64,000 nucleotides of DNA from an uncultured Actinomycetota bacterium (GCA_963775655.1 CAVZJT010000010.1:192270-256269), one strand, 5' to 3'; counted from the stretch's first letter, positions 10,160 to 19,824 are shown. Notes: a model not told the origin generated them from the letters alone. Program-made: numbers and translations.

Positions 10160-11149
10160 CTAGGCGAGCGAGCTCTCGGCCTCGCTGAGCCCGATCGGGT
10201 CGGCGGTGTCGGCCTCGTCGATGCCGGACAGCCAGTCGAGCCGGCGCAGGATGACGCCCTCCCGCAGCGCCCAGGGGCAGATCTCGACGACCTCGGCGCC
10301 GACCTCCCGCATGGCCGCCTCCGCCACCACGGCACCCGCGAGCAGCTGGTGGGCGCGGGCCGAGCTCACGCCTTCCAGCTCGGCCAGCTGATCGGCCTCG
10401 ATCCGGGAGATGAAGGCGATCGTCTGGCGCAGGCCGGTGATGGTCAGCTCGCGCCGCACCCGCGGGCCGGCCGCCGAGGGCGCGGCGCCGGTCAGCCGGG
10501 CCAGCGACCGGAACGTCTTCGAGGTCGCCACCACCCGGTCGGGGTTGCCGACGGCCTTGACCTCGGTCAGTTCGGATCCGATGAGATCGTCGACGTAGAC
10601 CTCGAGCTTCGCGAGCTTCGACCGGGACGGCGGGTCGCCGGACAGACGCTCCCGGGTCAGCCGTCCCGAGCCGAGCGGCAGGGAGACCGCCGCGTCCGGC
10701 TCCTCGTCCATCCCGGTCGCCACCTCGAGCGAGCCACCGCCGATGTCGAACACCAGCAACCGTCCCGCGCTCCAGCCGAACCACCGGCGTACGGCGAGGA
10801 AGGTGAGTCGCGCCTCCTCGACCCCGGTGAGCAGTTGCAGGTCGACGCCGGCCTCCGTGCGGACGCGGTCGAGCACCTTGCCGGCGTTGACCGCGTCCCG
10901 GACCGCCGAGGTCGCGAAGGCCAGCAGGTCGTCACAGCCGAGCCGGGCCGCCTCGGTGCGCGCGTTCTCCGCGGCGGAGACCAATGCGTCGGCGCCGCGC
11001 TTGGTCAACCGGCCGTTCTCGGTGACGTGCTCGGCGAGGCGCAGCACGCTCTTCTGCGAGTGGGTCGGCGTCGGATGCGCGCCACGGTGCGCATCCACCA
11101 CGAGCAGGTGGACGGTGCTCGACCCGACATCCAACACACCAAGGCGCAT
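10160..11149 (-). CDS. ppx: Ppx/GppA family phosphatase
   Basis: 329-aa ORF with ASKHA-fold motifs ([25 protein letters not shown]). Position matches Rv0496. Confidence 0.85.
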   Translation of the reverse strand: MRLGVLDVGSSTVHLLVVDAHRGAHPTPTHSQKSVLRLAEHVTENGRLTKRGADALVSAAENARTEAARLGCDDLLAFATSAVRDAVNAGKVLDRVRTEAGVDLQLLTGVEEARLTFLAVRRWFGWSAGRLLVFDIGGGSLEVATGMDEEPDAAVSLPLGSGRLTRERLSGDPPSRSKLAKLEVYVDDLIGSELTEVKAVGNPDRVVATSKTFRSLARLTGAAPSAAGPRVRRELTITGLRQTIAFISRIEADQLAELEGVSSARAHQLLAGAVVAEAAMREVGAEVVEICPWALREGVILRRLDWLSGIDEADTADPIGLSEAESSLA

Positions 11150-11183
11150 GGGCTCACCGTAGTTGACCCCCTAGGGTGGGGGC

Positions 11184-11981
11184 GTGGCCAAATCCGCGCG
11201 CGCCTCCGCCGACCCCCGCAGCCGCGAAGTCGGTCTGGACTTCGCTCGCGAATGGGTCGAATTCATCGATCCCGACGACGAGGAGCACATGGTCCGGGCC
11301 GATCTGACCTGGTTGTGCTCCCGGTGGACCTGCATCTTCGGTCAGGGCTGCCACGGCGTCGTCGGCCGGCCGGACGACGGTTGCTGCAGCCATGGAGCGT
11401 TTTTCTCCGACTCCGCGGATGAGAAGCGGGTACGCCGCATGTCCCGCGAGCTCGACGCGTCCACGTGGCAACATGCCAGCCTCGGCCAGCGCAAGGGGAT
11501 CAGCGTCCGCGACTCGATCGGCGACGAGAAGGACCGCCGCCGTACCCGTCGTGTCGACGGGGCGTGCATCTTCCTCAACCGCCCGGGTTTCTCCGGTGGT
11601 GCGGGGTGCGCGCTGCACGCGCTGGCCCTGCGGACCGGACGGCACCCGCTGGAGACCAAGCCGGACGTCTGCTGGCAGCTGCCCATCCGGCGCGACCAGG
11701 AATGGGTCGAGCGGCCGGACGACACCAAGGTCCTCGTCAGCACCATCACCGAGTTCGACCGGCGGGGCTGGGGCACCGGTGGACACGACCTGCACTGGTG
11801 GTGCACGTCGTCACCCGAGGCACACGTCGGCGGCGAGCCGCTCTACGTGTCCTACGGCCCGGAGCTCACCGCGTTGATCGGGCAGCCCGCCTACGAGGAG
11901 TTGGCCCGGCTCGCGGCCGAGCGCCTGGAGCGCGGGCTGGTCGCACCGCACCCCGCCGGCGCTCAGCCCTCGAACTTGTAG
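11184..11981 (+). CDS. Conserved actinobacterial cysteine-rich protein (Rv0495c-like)
   Basis: 265-aa ORF with many conserved-looking Cys clusters ([42 protein letters not shown]). Divergent from ppx. Biochemical function is not established. Confidence 0.65.
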   Translation: MAKSARASADPRSREVGLDFAREWVEFIDPDDEEHMVRADLTWLCSRWTCIFGQGCHGVVGRPDDGCCSHGAFFSDSADEKRVRRMSRELDASTWQHASLGQRKGISVRDSIGDEKDRRRTRRVDGACIFLNRPGFSGGAGCALHALALRTGRHPLETKPDVCWQLPIRRDQEWVERPDDTKVLVSTITEFDRRGWGTGGHDLHWWCTSSPEAHVGGEPLYVSYGPELTALIGQPAYEELARLAAERLERGLVAPHPAGAQPSNL

Positions 11982-12643
11982 CCCAGCCCGCGGACCGTGA
12001 CGAGGTGGCGCGGGTTGCCGGGATCGGGCTCGACCTTCGCCCGCAGCCGCTTCACGTGCACGTCGAGGGTCTTGGTGTCGCCGACGTAGTCGGCGCCCCA
12101 CACGCGGTCGACGAGCTGGCCGCGGGTGAGCACCCGCCCGGCGTTGCGCACCAGCAGCTCGAGCAGGTCGAACTCCTTGAGCGGAAGGGCGACCTGGTCG
12201 CCGCGCACGGTCACGACGTGCCGGTCGACGTCGACCCGCACCGGCCCGGCCTCGATGGTGGAGGCCACCAGCTCCTCCGGCTCGCCATGGCGGCGGAGTA
12301 CGGCGTTGATCCGGGCCACCAGCTCCCGCGACGAGAAGGGCTTCGTGACGTAGTCGTCGGCGCCGAGCTCGAGGCCGACCACCTTGTCGACCTCGCTGTC
12401 GCGCGCGGTCAGCATGATGATCGGGACGGTGGAGCGGTGCCGCAGCGTCCGGCACACCTCGGTACCGGGGAGTCCCGGCAGCATCAGGTCGAGGAGTACG
12501 AGGTCGGCACCGCGCCGGTCGAACTGACCCAGCGCGTCGGGGCCGGTCGCCGCGATGTCGACCTCGAACCCTTCGCGACGGAGCATGTAGGACAGCGCGT
12601 CGGAGAACGACTCTTCGTCCTCCACCACCAGCACGCGGGTCAC
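11963..12643 (-). CDS. regX3: OmpR-family response regulator RegX3
   Basis: GTG at 12643 with GAGAGGAA 5 nt upstream. Receiver domain ([22 protein letters not shown]) and winged helix ([35 protein letters not shown]). Close to M. tuberculosis RegX3 as I recall it. Confidence 0.85.
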   Translation of the reverse strand: MTRVLVVEDEESFSDALSYMLRREGFEVDIAATGPDALGQFDRRGADLVLLDLMLPGLPGTEVCRTLRHRSTVPIIMLTARDSEVDKVVGLELGADDYVTKPFSSRELVARINAVLRRHGEPEELVASTIEAGPVRVDVDRHVVTVRGDQVALPLKEFDLLELLVRNAGRVLTRGQLVDRVWGADYVGDTKTLDVHVKRLRAKVEPDPGNPRHLVTVRGLGYKFEG

Positions 12644-13921
12644 CTGGTTCCTCTCACCTCGGCCGCGCGCTGCGGCGATGGGCACGACGCGGTCAGGAGC
12701 GCCGCGCGCATTACGGTCGACGACGGCCGGCAGCCGCAAGGTGAACGTCGACCCGGAGCCCTCCACACTCCACAGCCTGACACTGCCGCCGTGGTTGGTC
12801 GCGACATGCTTGACGATCGACAGACCCAGACCGGTGCCTCCGGTGGCCCGGGACCGAGCCGGATCGGCGCGGTAGAAGCGCTCGAAGATCCGCTCGTGTT
12901 CATGCTCGGCGATCCCGATCCCCTGGTCGGCGACCGAGATCTCGACGTATTCGCCGGAGCCGTCGACGCCGGCCTCATCGCTCCGATCCCGCAGCCTGGT
13001 GCCGATCGCGACCCGGGTCTTCGACGGGCTGTAGGCGATCGCGTTGCCCACCAGATTGACCAGGGCCATCACCAGCTGGGTCTCGTCGCCACGCACCACC
13101 AGCCCCGGGCGTCCCCCGCACACCACGGTGATCCCGGCCGTCTCCGCCGCGAGCCGGGTGCTGTCCACGGCCTCGGCGATGACCCGATCGACCGGCACGG
13201 TGCTCGCCGAGGACGGCAGCGGGTCGGCGCCCTGCAGGCGGGACAGCTCGATCAGCTCCTGCACCAGCCGTCCGAGCCGGTCGCCCTCGTGGTGGATCCG
13301 GCCCGCGAACCGGCGTACCGCCTCCGGGTCGTCCGAGGCCTCGACGATGGTCTCGGCGAGCAGGGTCAGGGCCCCGACCGGCGTCTTGAGCTCGTGGCTG
13401 ATGTTGGCGACGAAGTCCCGGCGTACGGCGGCGAGCCGGCGCGCCTCGGTGATGTCCTGCAGGAAGAGCGCGACGTAGCCGGAGTCGCCCAGCGGGGAGA
13501 CGTAGACGCTCACCGCGACCGGGTGGTGGCCGAGCCGGGAGTCCGGCAGGTCGACGAGCACCTCCCGGGCCTCGCCGCTCGTCCGCGCCTCGCGGGCCAG
13601 CCGGTGCAGCTCCTCGACGATGAGGTGCCCGCCGCGCACCACGCCCATCTCGCGCACCGCGGCGTTGGCGAGGGCGACGTCTGAGGAGACATCGAGGACG
13701 ACCACGGCCAGCTGCATGACCTCGGGCAGCCGGCGGAGCACCGGCGCGGGGACCAGGAGTTCCGGGGCGGTCTCCCCGGGAAGCCGCGGCGCCGCCGCGC
13801 GCCGCCGCGCGCCAGCGTCCCGCCGGCCGAGGAGCCAACCCACAGCCAGTCCGACGGCCAGCGCGGCGACGACGCCGAGTGTGATGCCCAGCGCCAAAGT
13901 CACGTCAACGATGGTAGGCAT
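12640..13921 (-). CDS. senX3: Sensor histidine kinase SenX3 (no in-frame stop before regX3)
   Basis: TM helix after MPTIV, H-box FVANISHELKTPVGAL, and N/G boxes LVGNAIAYSP, DQGIGIA, GGTGLGLSIV. The frame runs straight into regX3, giving the 672-aa track ORF 11963-13981. A TGA at 12642-12640 exists only in the +1 frame. The 5' end could also be GTG 13981. Confidence 0.7.
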
Positions 13922-13997
13922 TAGGGGAGAGCCCTGCCTCCCCGCCGGGCCCGCTGACCTGGGCAGAAGGGCAGAGTTCACCCGTCGTACGACAAGG

Positions 13998-14008
13998 GTT
14001 CACCGCAG
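13998..14008 (+). promoter_or_regulatory. Candidate PHO-box-like unit GTTCACCGCAG in the senX3/phoU divergent region
   Basis: The same GTTCAC core as the repeats upstream of pstS. Lies in the 152-bp divergent intergenic region. Confidence 0.3.
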
Positions 14009-14073
14009 CTGGTGCGGCGCGTGGCCTCGTGGAGCGACGGTCGGAGCACCCGGTAGCTGAATGAGGACTGACG

Positions 14074-14724
14074 ATGCGTGACAACTTCCATGACGAGCTC
14101 GACAAGATCGGGACAGACCTGGTCGAGATGACGCATCTTGTCGCTTCGGCCATGTCCCGGGCGACTACCGCCCTGCTCGACGCCGACGTGGCGCTCGCCG
14201 AGAGCGTGATCAGTGCCGACGAGCGGATCGACGAGCGCTACCGGCACGTGGAGGAGCAGGCGTTCGACCTGCTCGCCCGCCAGCAGCCGGTGGCCGGCGA
14301 CCTGCGCACCCTCGTGACCAGCCTGCGGATGGTCACCGAGCTGGAACGCGCCGGTGACCTCGCCCTGCACATCGCGAAGGTCGCCCGGATGCGCTACCCC
14401 ACCTCCGCCGTACCCCCCGAGCTCCGGGCCACCGTGCGGGAGATGGGCCAGGTCGCCGAGCGGATCATCGCCAAGGCCGGCAGCGTCATCGCCGGCCGGG
14501 ACGTCGGCCGGGCGGTCGAGCTCGAGGCCGACGACGACGTCATGGACGCCCTGCACCGCCAGTTATTCACCGAGCTGCTGTCCGACAGCTGGCCGTACGG
14601 CGTGGAGACCGCGGTCGACATCGCGCTGCTCGGCCGCTACTACGAGCGGTTCGCCGACCACGCCGTCTCCGTCGCCCGCCGGGTCGTCTACCTGGTCACC
14701 GGAGAGCTGCCCGAAACCGCCTGA
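14074..14724 (+). CDS. phoU: Phosphate signalling complex protein PhoU
   Basis: 216-aa ORF with two PhoU repeats (DERIDERYRHVEEQAFDLLARQQPVAGDLR and DDDVMDALHRQLFTELL). Divergent from senX3. Confidence 0.9.
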   Translation: MRDNFHDELDKIGTDLVEMTHLVASAMSRATTALLDADVALAESVISADERIDERYRHVEEQAFDLLARQQPVAGDLRTLVTSLRMVTELERAGDLALHIAKVARMRYPTSAVPPELRATVREMGQVAERIIAKAGSVIAGRDVGRAVELEADDDVMDALHRQLFTELLSDSWPYGVETAVDIALLGRYYERFADHAVSVARRVVYLVTGELPETA

Positions 14725-14800
14725 CGGCCTCGCCCGCCCACCGATCGGACTCGCACTCCACCCCCGCGCCGCGGCCGCCCCTGCGCAAGCCGGCGACATA

Positions 14801-14856
14801 GGACGCTGTACTCGCATTTCTGGGCCGAATTTGCGAGTAGAGCGTCCGATGATGGC
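14801..14856 (+). repeat. Dispersed hairpin repeat, family 1, copy A
   Basis: GGACGCTGTACTCGCA, then a 15-nt loop, then TGCGAGTAGAGCGTCC (15/16 paired), followed by GATGATGGC. The same 16+15+16+9 layout recurs at 17834, 17918 and 50109. Confidence 0.8.
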
Positions 14857-14984
14857 CCGGGACCGTTGCGACGGTGGTGACGAGCCGTCCGCTCGCGATA
14901 GTCTGACAACGCCGTACTTGACGGCTCGGCGTCGAGATACCAGAGATATGTTAGCGCTATCATAGTGCTGATATAGTCTCGGCC

Positions 14985-15470
14985 ATGACTGACGATGCCC
15001 TCGACGGCGCCTTCATCGGACAGTTCCGCGCGTGCTTCGACGCGATGGCCGCCGACGTCGCCCAGACCCTGGTCGACCTCGGCCTGTCCGACTACCGCCC
15101 GCGGTTCTCGGCCGTCATCCGCGTGGTCGCCGCGGACGGGCCCTCCACGATTCGGCACATCACGCAGCGGATGAACACCACCCACTCGGCGGGCAGCCAG
15201 ACCGTGTCGGACATGGCGGCGCGCGGTCTGGTCGAGTTGCGCGCCGGTGCGGACGCGCGTCAGCGGCTGGTGCACCTGACCCGCAAGGCGCAGCGGTTAC
15301 GCCCGCTGATCGACGCGGAGTGGGCGGCGACGTCGGCCGCCGTGCGGGAACTCAGCACCGAGTTGAGTGCGCCGTTGGACACGATCGCCCGCGAGCTGAC
15401 CGAAGCGCTGCAGCGCCGTACCTTCCGCGACCGCATCGCCGCGAACCTCGACGGAGGCGAACGTGGCTAA
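14985..15470 (+). CDS. MarR family transcriptional regulator
   Basis: 161-aa ORF. Winged-HTH region (PSTIRHITQRMNTTHSAGSQTVSDMAARGLVELR...DARQRLVHLT). Overlaps the downstream MFS gene by 8 nt. Confidence 0.8.
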   Translation: MTDDALDGAFIGQFRACFDAMAADVAQTLVDLGLSDYRPRFSAVIRVVAADGPSTIRHITQRMNTTHSAGSQTVSDMAARGLVELRAGADARQRLVHLTRKAQRLRPLIDAEWAATSAAVRELSTELSAPLDTIARELTEALQRRTFRDRIAANLDGGERG

Positions 15471-16719
15471 GCGCGGACTGCTCGCCGACATCCGTCCGCT
15501 GCGCGAGTCGCCGGACTACCGGCGGCTCTGGCTCGGATCGGGACTATCTGCCGTCGGCGGCCAGATGACCACCTTCGCCGTGGCGCTGCAGGTCTTCAGA
15601 ATGTCGCACTCGTCCGCGGCCGTCGGTGCGGTCGGCATCGCGTTCGCCGTCCCCGCGATCACCGTCGGGATGGTGGGCGGCGTACTCATCGACTCCGTCG
15701 ACCGCCGCAAGCTCGTGCTCCTCACCAGTTCGGTGCAAGCTCTGGTGTCGGTCGCGTTCGCCGCGCAGGCGTTCGCCGGGACGGATGCCCTCTGGCTGCT
15801 CTTCGCGCTCACCGCCGTGCAGGGCGGCGTCGGCGCGATCAATGCGCCGGCCCGGCGCACGTTCATGCCCCGGCTGCTGTCGCGCGAACTCATGCCCGCC
15901 GGTGCGGCGCTGACGAGCATCTCCATGTACACCGCGATGATCACCGGGCCCGCGCTCGCCGGCGGGATCACCGCGGCGGGCGGGCTCAGGTTCTGCTACC
16001 TGATCGACGCCCTGTCCTTCGGCGGCGCGCTCTACGGGGTGTTCCGGTTGCCGCCGATGCGCCCCGAAGGCACCAGCGCGCAGCGCAACTTCGCCGCGGT
16101 GCTCGACGGATTGCGCTTCATCGTCGACAACCGGGCCCTGCGCGGTGCCATGCTCGCCGATCTCAGCGCGACCGTGCTGGCCATGCCGATCGCGCTCTTC
16201 CCCGCCATCAACGCCGATCGGTTCGGTGGGTCGCCAGGCACCCTCGGCCTGCTCAGTACGGCGATCGCGGTCGGCGGTCTGCTCGGCTCGGTTCTCTCCG
16301 GCCCGGTCAAGCACGTCGTCCATCCCGGTAAGGCAATGCTGATCACCGGCTCGATCTGGGGCGCGGCACTGGCCGGATTCGGCGTCGTACACGGGTTGGC
16401 AGCCTCGCTTGCGCTGCTCGCCATCGCCGGTGGCGCCGACGTCTTATCGGTCGTGTTCCGTACGACGATCGTCCAACTCGCCACACCCGACTCGATGCGG
16501 GGACGTACCAGCTCCACCGAATTCGTCGTCGGTGCCGCGTTCCCGCAGGTGGGCAACTTCCGCGCGGGACTGGTCGCCAGCGCGTCCTCCCCCGCGATCA
16601 GCGCCGTAGCCGGAGGGTTGGCCGCTGTCGTCGGCGCCGGACTGATCGCGCTGCGGCTGCCCGAATTTGTGCGCTACCGCCACGCGGACCGGGTCGACGA
16701 CCTCGGGGTCTCGAGTTGA
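15463..16719 (+). CDS. MFS transporter (EntS/MFS_3-like)
   Basis: 418-aa ORF with about 12 hydrophobic segments. GTG at 15463 lies 6 nt after GGAGG. Co-operonic with MarR. Confidence 0.8.
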   Translation: MAKRGLLADIRPLRESPDYRRLWLGSGLSAVGGQMTTFAVALQVFRMSHSSAAVGAVGIAFAVPAITVGMVGGVLIDSVDRRKLVLLTSSVQALVSVAFAAQAFAGTDALWLLFALTAVQGGVGAINAPARRTFMPRLLSRELMPAGAALTSISMYTAMITGPALAGGITAAGGLRFCYLIDALSFGGALYGVFRLPPMRPEGTSAQRNFAAVLDGLRFIVDNRALRGAMLADLSATVLAMPIALFPAINADRFGGSPGTLGLLSTAIAVGGLLGSVLSGPVKHVVHPGKAMLITGSIWGAALAGFGVVHGLAASLALLAIAGGADVLSVVFRTTIVQLATPDSMRGRTSSTEFVVGAAFPQVGNFRAGLVASASSPAISAVAGGLAAVVGAGLIALRLPEFVRYRHADRVDDLGVSS

Positions 16720-16744
16720 CTTCGAGCTAGGTTGAGGTCGCAGG

Positions 16745-17806
16745 ATGACGACGATGACTGATGAAGCGCTCCTTGATGCCCTAGACCGCTTGCGTGGCAC
16801 CGGTCCCGAGTTCGACGGTTTCCTCGCCAACCACGGACCAATGGCGGCCGAAGCATTGACCCGGTTGGGCGGCGCCGACACTCTTCCGCGTTGGGTCGAC
16901 GGCTACCTCGGCCGGCTCGATTCCGCGCCGGAGGTCCGCCGCGGGATCGGCGATGCCGATTGGCGAGAGCACCTCGGTGATGAGACGTTGGTCGGCGACT
17001 GGACGGCGTACCTGCGTACACAGGCACAAGAGATGTCCTGGCGGGATCTGCTGCTGCAGTGGTGGCCGCGGCTGCTGCCCGGCCTGGCCGCCAGTGCGAC
17101 CCACGGCGTGATCCGCACCGCGCACGCCGTGCGGTCACTGCGCGATGCCGGCGCCGAGCCCCACGCCCTGCTGGTCGACGAACTCGCCCAGGGCCTGGGA
17201 TTCTGGGCAGCGCGTTACCAGACCATGCCGGGCAATCCACAACTCACGGGTGGCTCCGATTCGATCGCAGCCCTTGCCCGGCTGCCGCGCCTCGACCCGG
17301 CGGTACCGTCCGAGGGTCCCGGCATCGTCGGTCGTCTGGTGTCGCTGCGCCACCTCGACGGCTTCACCGACGGGCTGGACGACTGGGGCCCACCGCTCAC
17401 GCCCGATGACGCGCTCGATGACCTCATCGGAGCGGCCGCCCGCGTGCTGGCCGCACGTGACGACGCACCGATCACGTTCTGCCACGCGGTGACCGCACCC
17501 GCCGCCGTACGCCTGGTGTTGCCTGAGCTCCCGAGTGAACTGCAGCGGGCGAGCGTGGCGGCGAGCTGGCAGGTGGTCGGTGGCATCGTCGCCGCGTTCG
17601 CGGCGCCACGTCAGGAGGCGGAGAGCGTTGCCGCGGAAGCGGATGTCGGCGGGTTGCTGCAGGAGCTTGACGCACGCGCGATCGAGAACGGCGACGAGCA
17701 CGTCATCAAGCTCACCGAGGCCGCGGAGCGCGAGTACCGGCGTACCAAGAACGTCACCCTGCTCGTCGCCGCAGATCGGTTCCGCGATCGCGTATCCGCC
17801 GGCTGA
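16745..17806 (+). CDS. Questin oxidase-like (DUF4243) protein
   Basis: 353-aa ORF. The N-terminal LANHGPMAAEALTRLG signature resembles DUF4243 as I remember it. The assignment is tentative. Confidence 0.5.
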   Translation: MTTMTDEALLDALDRLRGTGPEFDGFLANHGPMAAEALTRLGGADTLPRWVDGYLGRLDSAPEVRRGIGDADWREHLGDETLVGDWTAYLRTQAQEMSWRDLLLQWWPRLLPGLAASATHGVIRTAHAVRSLRDAGAEPHALLVDELAQGLGFWAARYQTMPGNPQLTGGSDSIAALARLPRLDPAVPSEGPGIVGRLVSLRHLDGFTDGLDDWGPPLTPDDALDDLIGAAARVLAARDDAPITFCHAVTAPAAVRLVLPELPSELQRASVAASWQVVGGIVAAFAAPRQEAESVAAEADVGGLLQELDARAIENGDEHVIKLTEAAEREYRRTKNVTLLVAADRFRDRVSAG

Positions 17807-17833
17807 GTTCGTGGGCGTCGAGCCGTGCGACAT

Positions 17834-17889
17834 CGTGCGCCGTACTCGCATATTGGGGCTGATTATGCGAGTAGGACGCACGATAATGG
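17834..17889 (+). repeat. Dispersed hairpin repeat, family 1, copy B1
   Basis: GTGCGCCGTACTCGCA, 15-nt loop, TGCGAGTAGGACGCAC, then GATAATGGC. Confidence 0.8.
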
Positions 17890-17917
17890 CCGGGACGACG
17901 ATGCAGCGCCGCAACAT

Positions 17918-17973
17918 CGGACGTCCTACTCGCAATCTGGACCCAATCGTGCGAGTACAGCGTCCGATGATGG
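17918..17973 (+). repeat. Dispersed hairpin repeat, family 1, copy B2
   Basis: GGACGTCCTACTCGCA, 15-nt loop, TGCGAGTACAGCGTCC, then GATGATGGC. Confidence 0.8.
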
Positions 17974-18216
17974 CAGGACGAGGTGCGCGACGCTACGGAC
18001 CGAGTCGGTCTGAACGGCGGATCTCCTTGTGCACAAGGGGTTTCCGGCGTCGAGAAATTGTCGGTGGCTCGCCATAGTGTGTGCGCATGGAGAACGGCGG
18101 GCACACCGTGTGGGGAGCGATCACCGCGCTGACGGCCGGAGTCGACGGGTTGGCCGGCGAACAGCTTTGGCGGCTGGGCGACGACGACCTGCTCGAGGCG
18201 ATGCGGGTGCGTCGAA

Positions 18217-19404
18217 GTGCAGGCGCGGCGGCTGTTCGCGGCGTCGCTGCGGCTCGTCGCCGAGGTCGACGGTCGAGGGATATCCGGCGCTCGGGGTGCG
18301 TCGTCCACGGCGGCGCTGGTCCGACAGGTCATGCGGATCGGACCGGGCGAAGCGGCCGGTCGGGTCGCAGCGGCCGATGCGATTGTCGACCGGGTGGGCA
18401 CGTCCGGCGAGCTGCTGCCGGCGGCCCTCCCGGCCACCGCGGCGGCGGCCCGGCAGGGCAACGTCGATCCGGTGCAGCTCAGGGTGATCCTGGGTGTGCT
18501 GCGCCGGCTTCCGGCGGCGGTGGATGCCAACACCAGGGCGCACGTGGAAGCGTTCCTGGCCCAGAGGGTGGAAGAGTTCGACGCCACCACGCTTGGCCGG
18601 ATCGGTCGGAGGCTCGTCGCGACTCTGGACCCGGACGGGACGCTGGCCGACGACGAGGCCGCGGTGACGGCGCGCGAGCTCAGCTTCCACCGCGACGCCG
18701 AGGGAATGATCGTGATTCGCGGCCGCCTCGATCCTGAGGGCAGCGCGCTGCTGCGGACCGCGCTCGACCCGTTCGCCGTCCCCCGACCGGCCACCGACGA
18801 CGAGCCCGACCTGCGGTCGCCGGCCCGGCGGTCCGCCGACGCGCTCATCGAGTTGGCGCGCCGCGCCCTGACCGCCGGCGACCTGCCGGACAACGGCGGC
18901 GTACGCCCGCAGCTCATGGTCACCATCGACCTTCCGACCCTGCAGCGGGACCTGACGAAGGCTCGCCCGGGGCTCCTCGACTGGGGCGGCCCCGTGACCG
19001 CCGAAAGCGCTCGGCGGATCGCTTGCGACGCGCAGATCATTCCGGTGGTCTTGTCCGGCGCCGGAGTTCCGCTCGACGTCGGCCGGGCCGCCTACACCGT
19101 GCCGACGGGCATCCGGCGCGCCTTACTGGCGCGCGACCGAGGGTGCGCCTTCCCCGGTTGCGACCGCCCGCCGACCTGGTGCGACGCCCATCACATCACC
19201 CACTGGGCCGACCAGGGGCCCACCTCGTTGGCCAATCTGGTGCTGCTGTGCGGCCACCATCACCGCACCGTCCATCACCGGGGCTGGCAGGTCCGGCTCG
19301 CCGAAGGTCATCCCGAATTCATCCCCCCACGCTGGATCGACCCGACCCAGACCCCGCGGCGCAACCGGCTCCACCACCTGCCGGAGTTCCCGCGGGCGGG
19401 GTGA
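18217..19404 (+). CDS. DUF222 / HNH endonuclease family protein (13E12-repeat-like); N-terminal about 43 codons lie in another frame
   Basis: 395-aa ORF. DUF222 region (RLVAEVDGRGISGARGASSTAALV) and HNH motif (CAFPGCDRPPTWCDAHHITHWADQGPTSLANLVLLCGHHHRTVH). The typical DUF222 N-terminus (MENGGHTVWGAITALTAGVDGLAGEQLWRLGDDDLLEAM) is encoded from ATG 18087 in a different frame. Confidence 0.75.
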   Translation: MQARRLFAASLRLVAEVDGRGISGARGASSTAALVRQVMRIGPGEAAGRVAAADAIVDRVGTSGELLPAALPATAAAARQGNVDPVQLRVILGVLRRLPAAVDANTRAHVEAFLAQRVEEFDATTLGRIGRRLVATLDPDGTLADDEAAVTARELSFHRDAEGMIVIRGRLDPEGSALLRTALDPFAVPRPATDDEPDLRSPARRSADALIELARRALTAGDLPDNGGVRPQLMVTIDLPTLQRDLTKARPGLLDWGGPVTAESARRIACDAQIIPVVLSGAGVPLDVGRAAYTVPTGIRRALLARDRGCAFPGCDRPPTWCDAHHITHWADQGPTSLANLVLLCGHHHRTVHHRGWQVRLAEGHPEFIPPRWIDPTQTPRRNRLHHLPEFPRAG

Positions 19405-19436
19405 CGGGTGACATCGTCCGGCGCAAGGATGAGTGA

Positions 19437-19814
19437 ATGAGCGGCGAACCGACCTTCACCAGCGTCACACCCTACCTTCGCTACCCCGACGGCGAGGCCG
19501 CCGTCGACTGGCTCACGCGTGTCTTCGGTTTCGGTCCGGCGCGGACGGTGCGCGGCGGCGACGGCCGCGTCCGGGAGGGAGAGATCCGGATCGGTCCGGT
19601 CCGGATCGATTTCAACGGCGGGCCAGATCCGGTCGTCGGCACGTTGCTGATCATCGGCGTCACCGACGTCGACGCCCAATACCGCCGGATCCGCGACGCA
19701 GGCGTCGAGATCGCGCCGCCGCGGGACGAGGACTACGGGCCTCGCACCTGCCACGTCGACGACCCGTGGGGCTACAGCTGGTACTTCTGGCAGGGCGACG
19801 CGGTCTACCCGTGA
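19437..19814 (+). CDS. VOC family protein (PhnB/glyoxalase-like)
   Basis: 125-aa ORF with a single VOC fold (VTPYLRYPDGEAAVDWLTRVFGF ... DPWGYSWYFWQ). Confidence 0.7.
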   Translation: MSGEPTFTSVTPYLRYPDGEAAVDWLTRVFGFGPARTVRGGDGRVREGEIRIGPVRIDFNGGPDPVVGTLLIIGVTDVDAQYRRIRDAGVEIAPPRDEDYGPRTCHVDDPWGYSWYFWQGDAVYP

Positions 19815-19824
19815 CGCGCCGAGG

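Noticed and set aside
11465-13684. 739-aa ORF on the plus strand
   Set aside because: It is antisense to regX3 and senX3 and has the same GC-artefact composition.
18087-19404. DUF222-HNH gene considered as evidence of an IS element or prophage
   Set aside because: There is no transposase, integrase, terminal inverted repeat or target duplication. This family is a stand-alone repeat-gene family in actinobacteria.
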